Assembly: GCF_963506605.1 (NCBI RefSeq)
Contig: NC_083277.1
Location: 29,202,001-29,266,000, forward strand
Reading direction: 5' to 3'
Length of the DNA stretch: 64,000 bases
From: Zootoca vivipara
Lineage: Eukaryota
Part shown: one piece after another, positions 62,857 through 64,000 of the stretch
Layout of the letters: each line of letters starts with the position of its first letter
Numbering within the stretch: the first letter of the stretch is position 1
Position numbers and translations under genes: made by a program
The notes under the pieces: model-generated
What the model was told of the DNA's origin: nothing
Seen by the model: only the letters and a program-made list of their open reading frames with translations
Database searches by the model: none

Positions 62857-63598
62857 TGTTGCTGTTGGCATCTGTCTATCTCAGGAGCACCCCTACGGGT
62901 GTGAAGTCAAACTGCAGTGTTAGCTTCCCCGGGGGTGCAAGTCTGGGCAGTGTGTATGGAGGTCCTGGGCTGCCCAGACAACAAGACCCACGTCTCGACC
63001 TTGCTGGTGTGGTCCAAAGGAAAGCAGAGCAATACGTTTGGCAGTAGCCTGGTTACAGGAGTTGCCAGGAGGAGGAGTAAAAGGCGCCCAAAGATGTCCT
63101 GCAAGGCAGTGACTACAGGCAACCCCCAATTTGCATCAGGGTTGCATTCCAGTTCATAGCGCATGGTGACAGAGTGTGCATAAGCCCATGTTGCCCCATT
63201 ACATCCTCTTCTGGGTCTGAAAAAGGCCCACTGGTCTTTGAACGCACACACATTCTTTGAACGCACACAAACAGGGTTTGCCTGTACGTATCTTTCTTCG
63301 GGGTTTATTCCAGAAGCCTTTCTCATGAATGAGTACAGTTGCAAGGCAGAGGGGGTTTAGAACTAGAGCTTTCCTTTTCCAAGAAGGGCTACTTTCCAAG
63401 GCTGACAAACCCCATCTGCCCCTCACTTCCCTCTACAGAATGTGCAGAAACCGCCTTCCTGACCATTGGGCCCACTATGGGTCTCATCTACTCAATCTGC
63501 CAGAGCTGGTCTTCACATAAAAGTCCCTAACTAATTAAGGATTTGAGGCCCATCGGCTACCCCCACCTCGTTTAGGCGGCTGGCCGAAGCCATTCCCA
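62857..63598 (-). mobile_element. Non-autonomous RTE-derived retroelement (5'UTR plus short 3' end) with an 11-bp TSD
   Basis: TSD CACCACCCAAT at 62846-62856 and 63599-63609. The 3' end GAGATAGACAGATGCCAACAGCAACA and 5' GGGTAGCCGATGGGCCTCAAA...GAAGAC resemble RTE ends. No RT coding. Confidence 0.75.
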
Positions 63599-64000
63599 CA
63601 CCACCCAATAAGCATTTATGAAAATGAACTTAATACTGTGTTTCACGTTCATCTCAGCCCAACTTTTTTTCCAAAAGAAGCAAATGTTCAGTATGTTATG
63701 AGAACACAATCACATAAGACTTTATAAGGGCATTTAAAACAAAAACAAAAACAGGTAACCTTGGTTTATGCTGCTTATAAGCATATTTACAAAACCTGAT
63801 GTGATGTGATACGATACACAAAAAAAATTCCTATTCCCATGAAATTAATATTTAGCATATAATAGGTTTTTCCAGAGCAACTGGCTCTTATTCTGCAATA
63901 ATATTTCCCTAAGCAGTTAACTGGACAAAAAATATTTATCACAAACAGAACATCACGACAGTGTTTGTATAAATATGCTTATAGGATAAACAATTGGAAG

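Larger units (their letters stand above)
11124..64000 (-). other. FOXP1: FOXP1 5'UTR intron(s) / upstream regulatory territory
   Basis: A splice acceptor precedes the ATG exon, so upstream non-coding exons must exist. Vertebrate FOXP1 has several widely spaced non-coding 5' exons. No other host gene was seen. Confidence 0.75.

Noticed and set aside
1-64000. A novel multi-gene system (operon, defence island, endogenous virus)
   Set aside because: The sequence is a vertebrate intron. All protein-like signals other than the FOXP1 exon are explained by decayed LINE, PLE or Tc1 coding.

Overview
Eukaryotic, AT-rich vertebrate DNA with four assembly gaps, most likely from a lacertid lizard (Podarcis-type Sauria SINE, BovB, Neptune-type Penelope, CR1 and L2). 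The whole window appears to lie inside FOXP1, transcribed on the minus strand. The only host coding sequence is the first coding exon (10942-11123, ATG at 11112, 57 codons, canonical splice sites). The rest is intron filled with transposable elements and TE-poor blocks that look regulatory. Almost all other ORFs in the track are chance ORFs, gap artefacts or TE remnants. I found no new multi-gene system. The best leads are: (1) a Penelope::tRNA-Val(CAC) chimera inside one 10-bp direct repeat; (2) an intact-core minimal hammerhead ribozyme in a TSD-flanked Penelope copy; (3) a candidate alternative FOXP1 promoter/5' exon with clustered AP-1, STAT, CArG and forkhead motifs plus uORFs; (4) a dense forkhead-motif cluster next to a candidate non-coding exon; (5) a candidate alternative terminal exon giving a ~66-aa truncated FOXP1; (6) three divergent LTR-like elements sharing an acidic/Pro/Arg reading frame; (7) a Tc1 DD34E remnant missed by the ORF track. 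TE family names are from recalled consensus features, not a database search, and boundaries of old LINE fragments are approximate.
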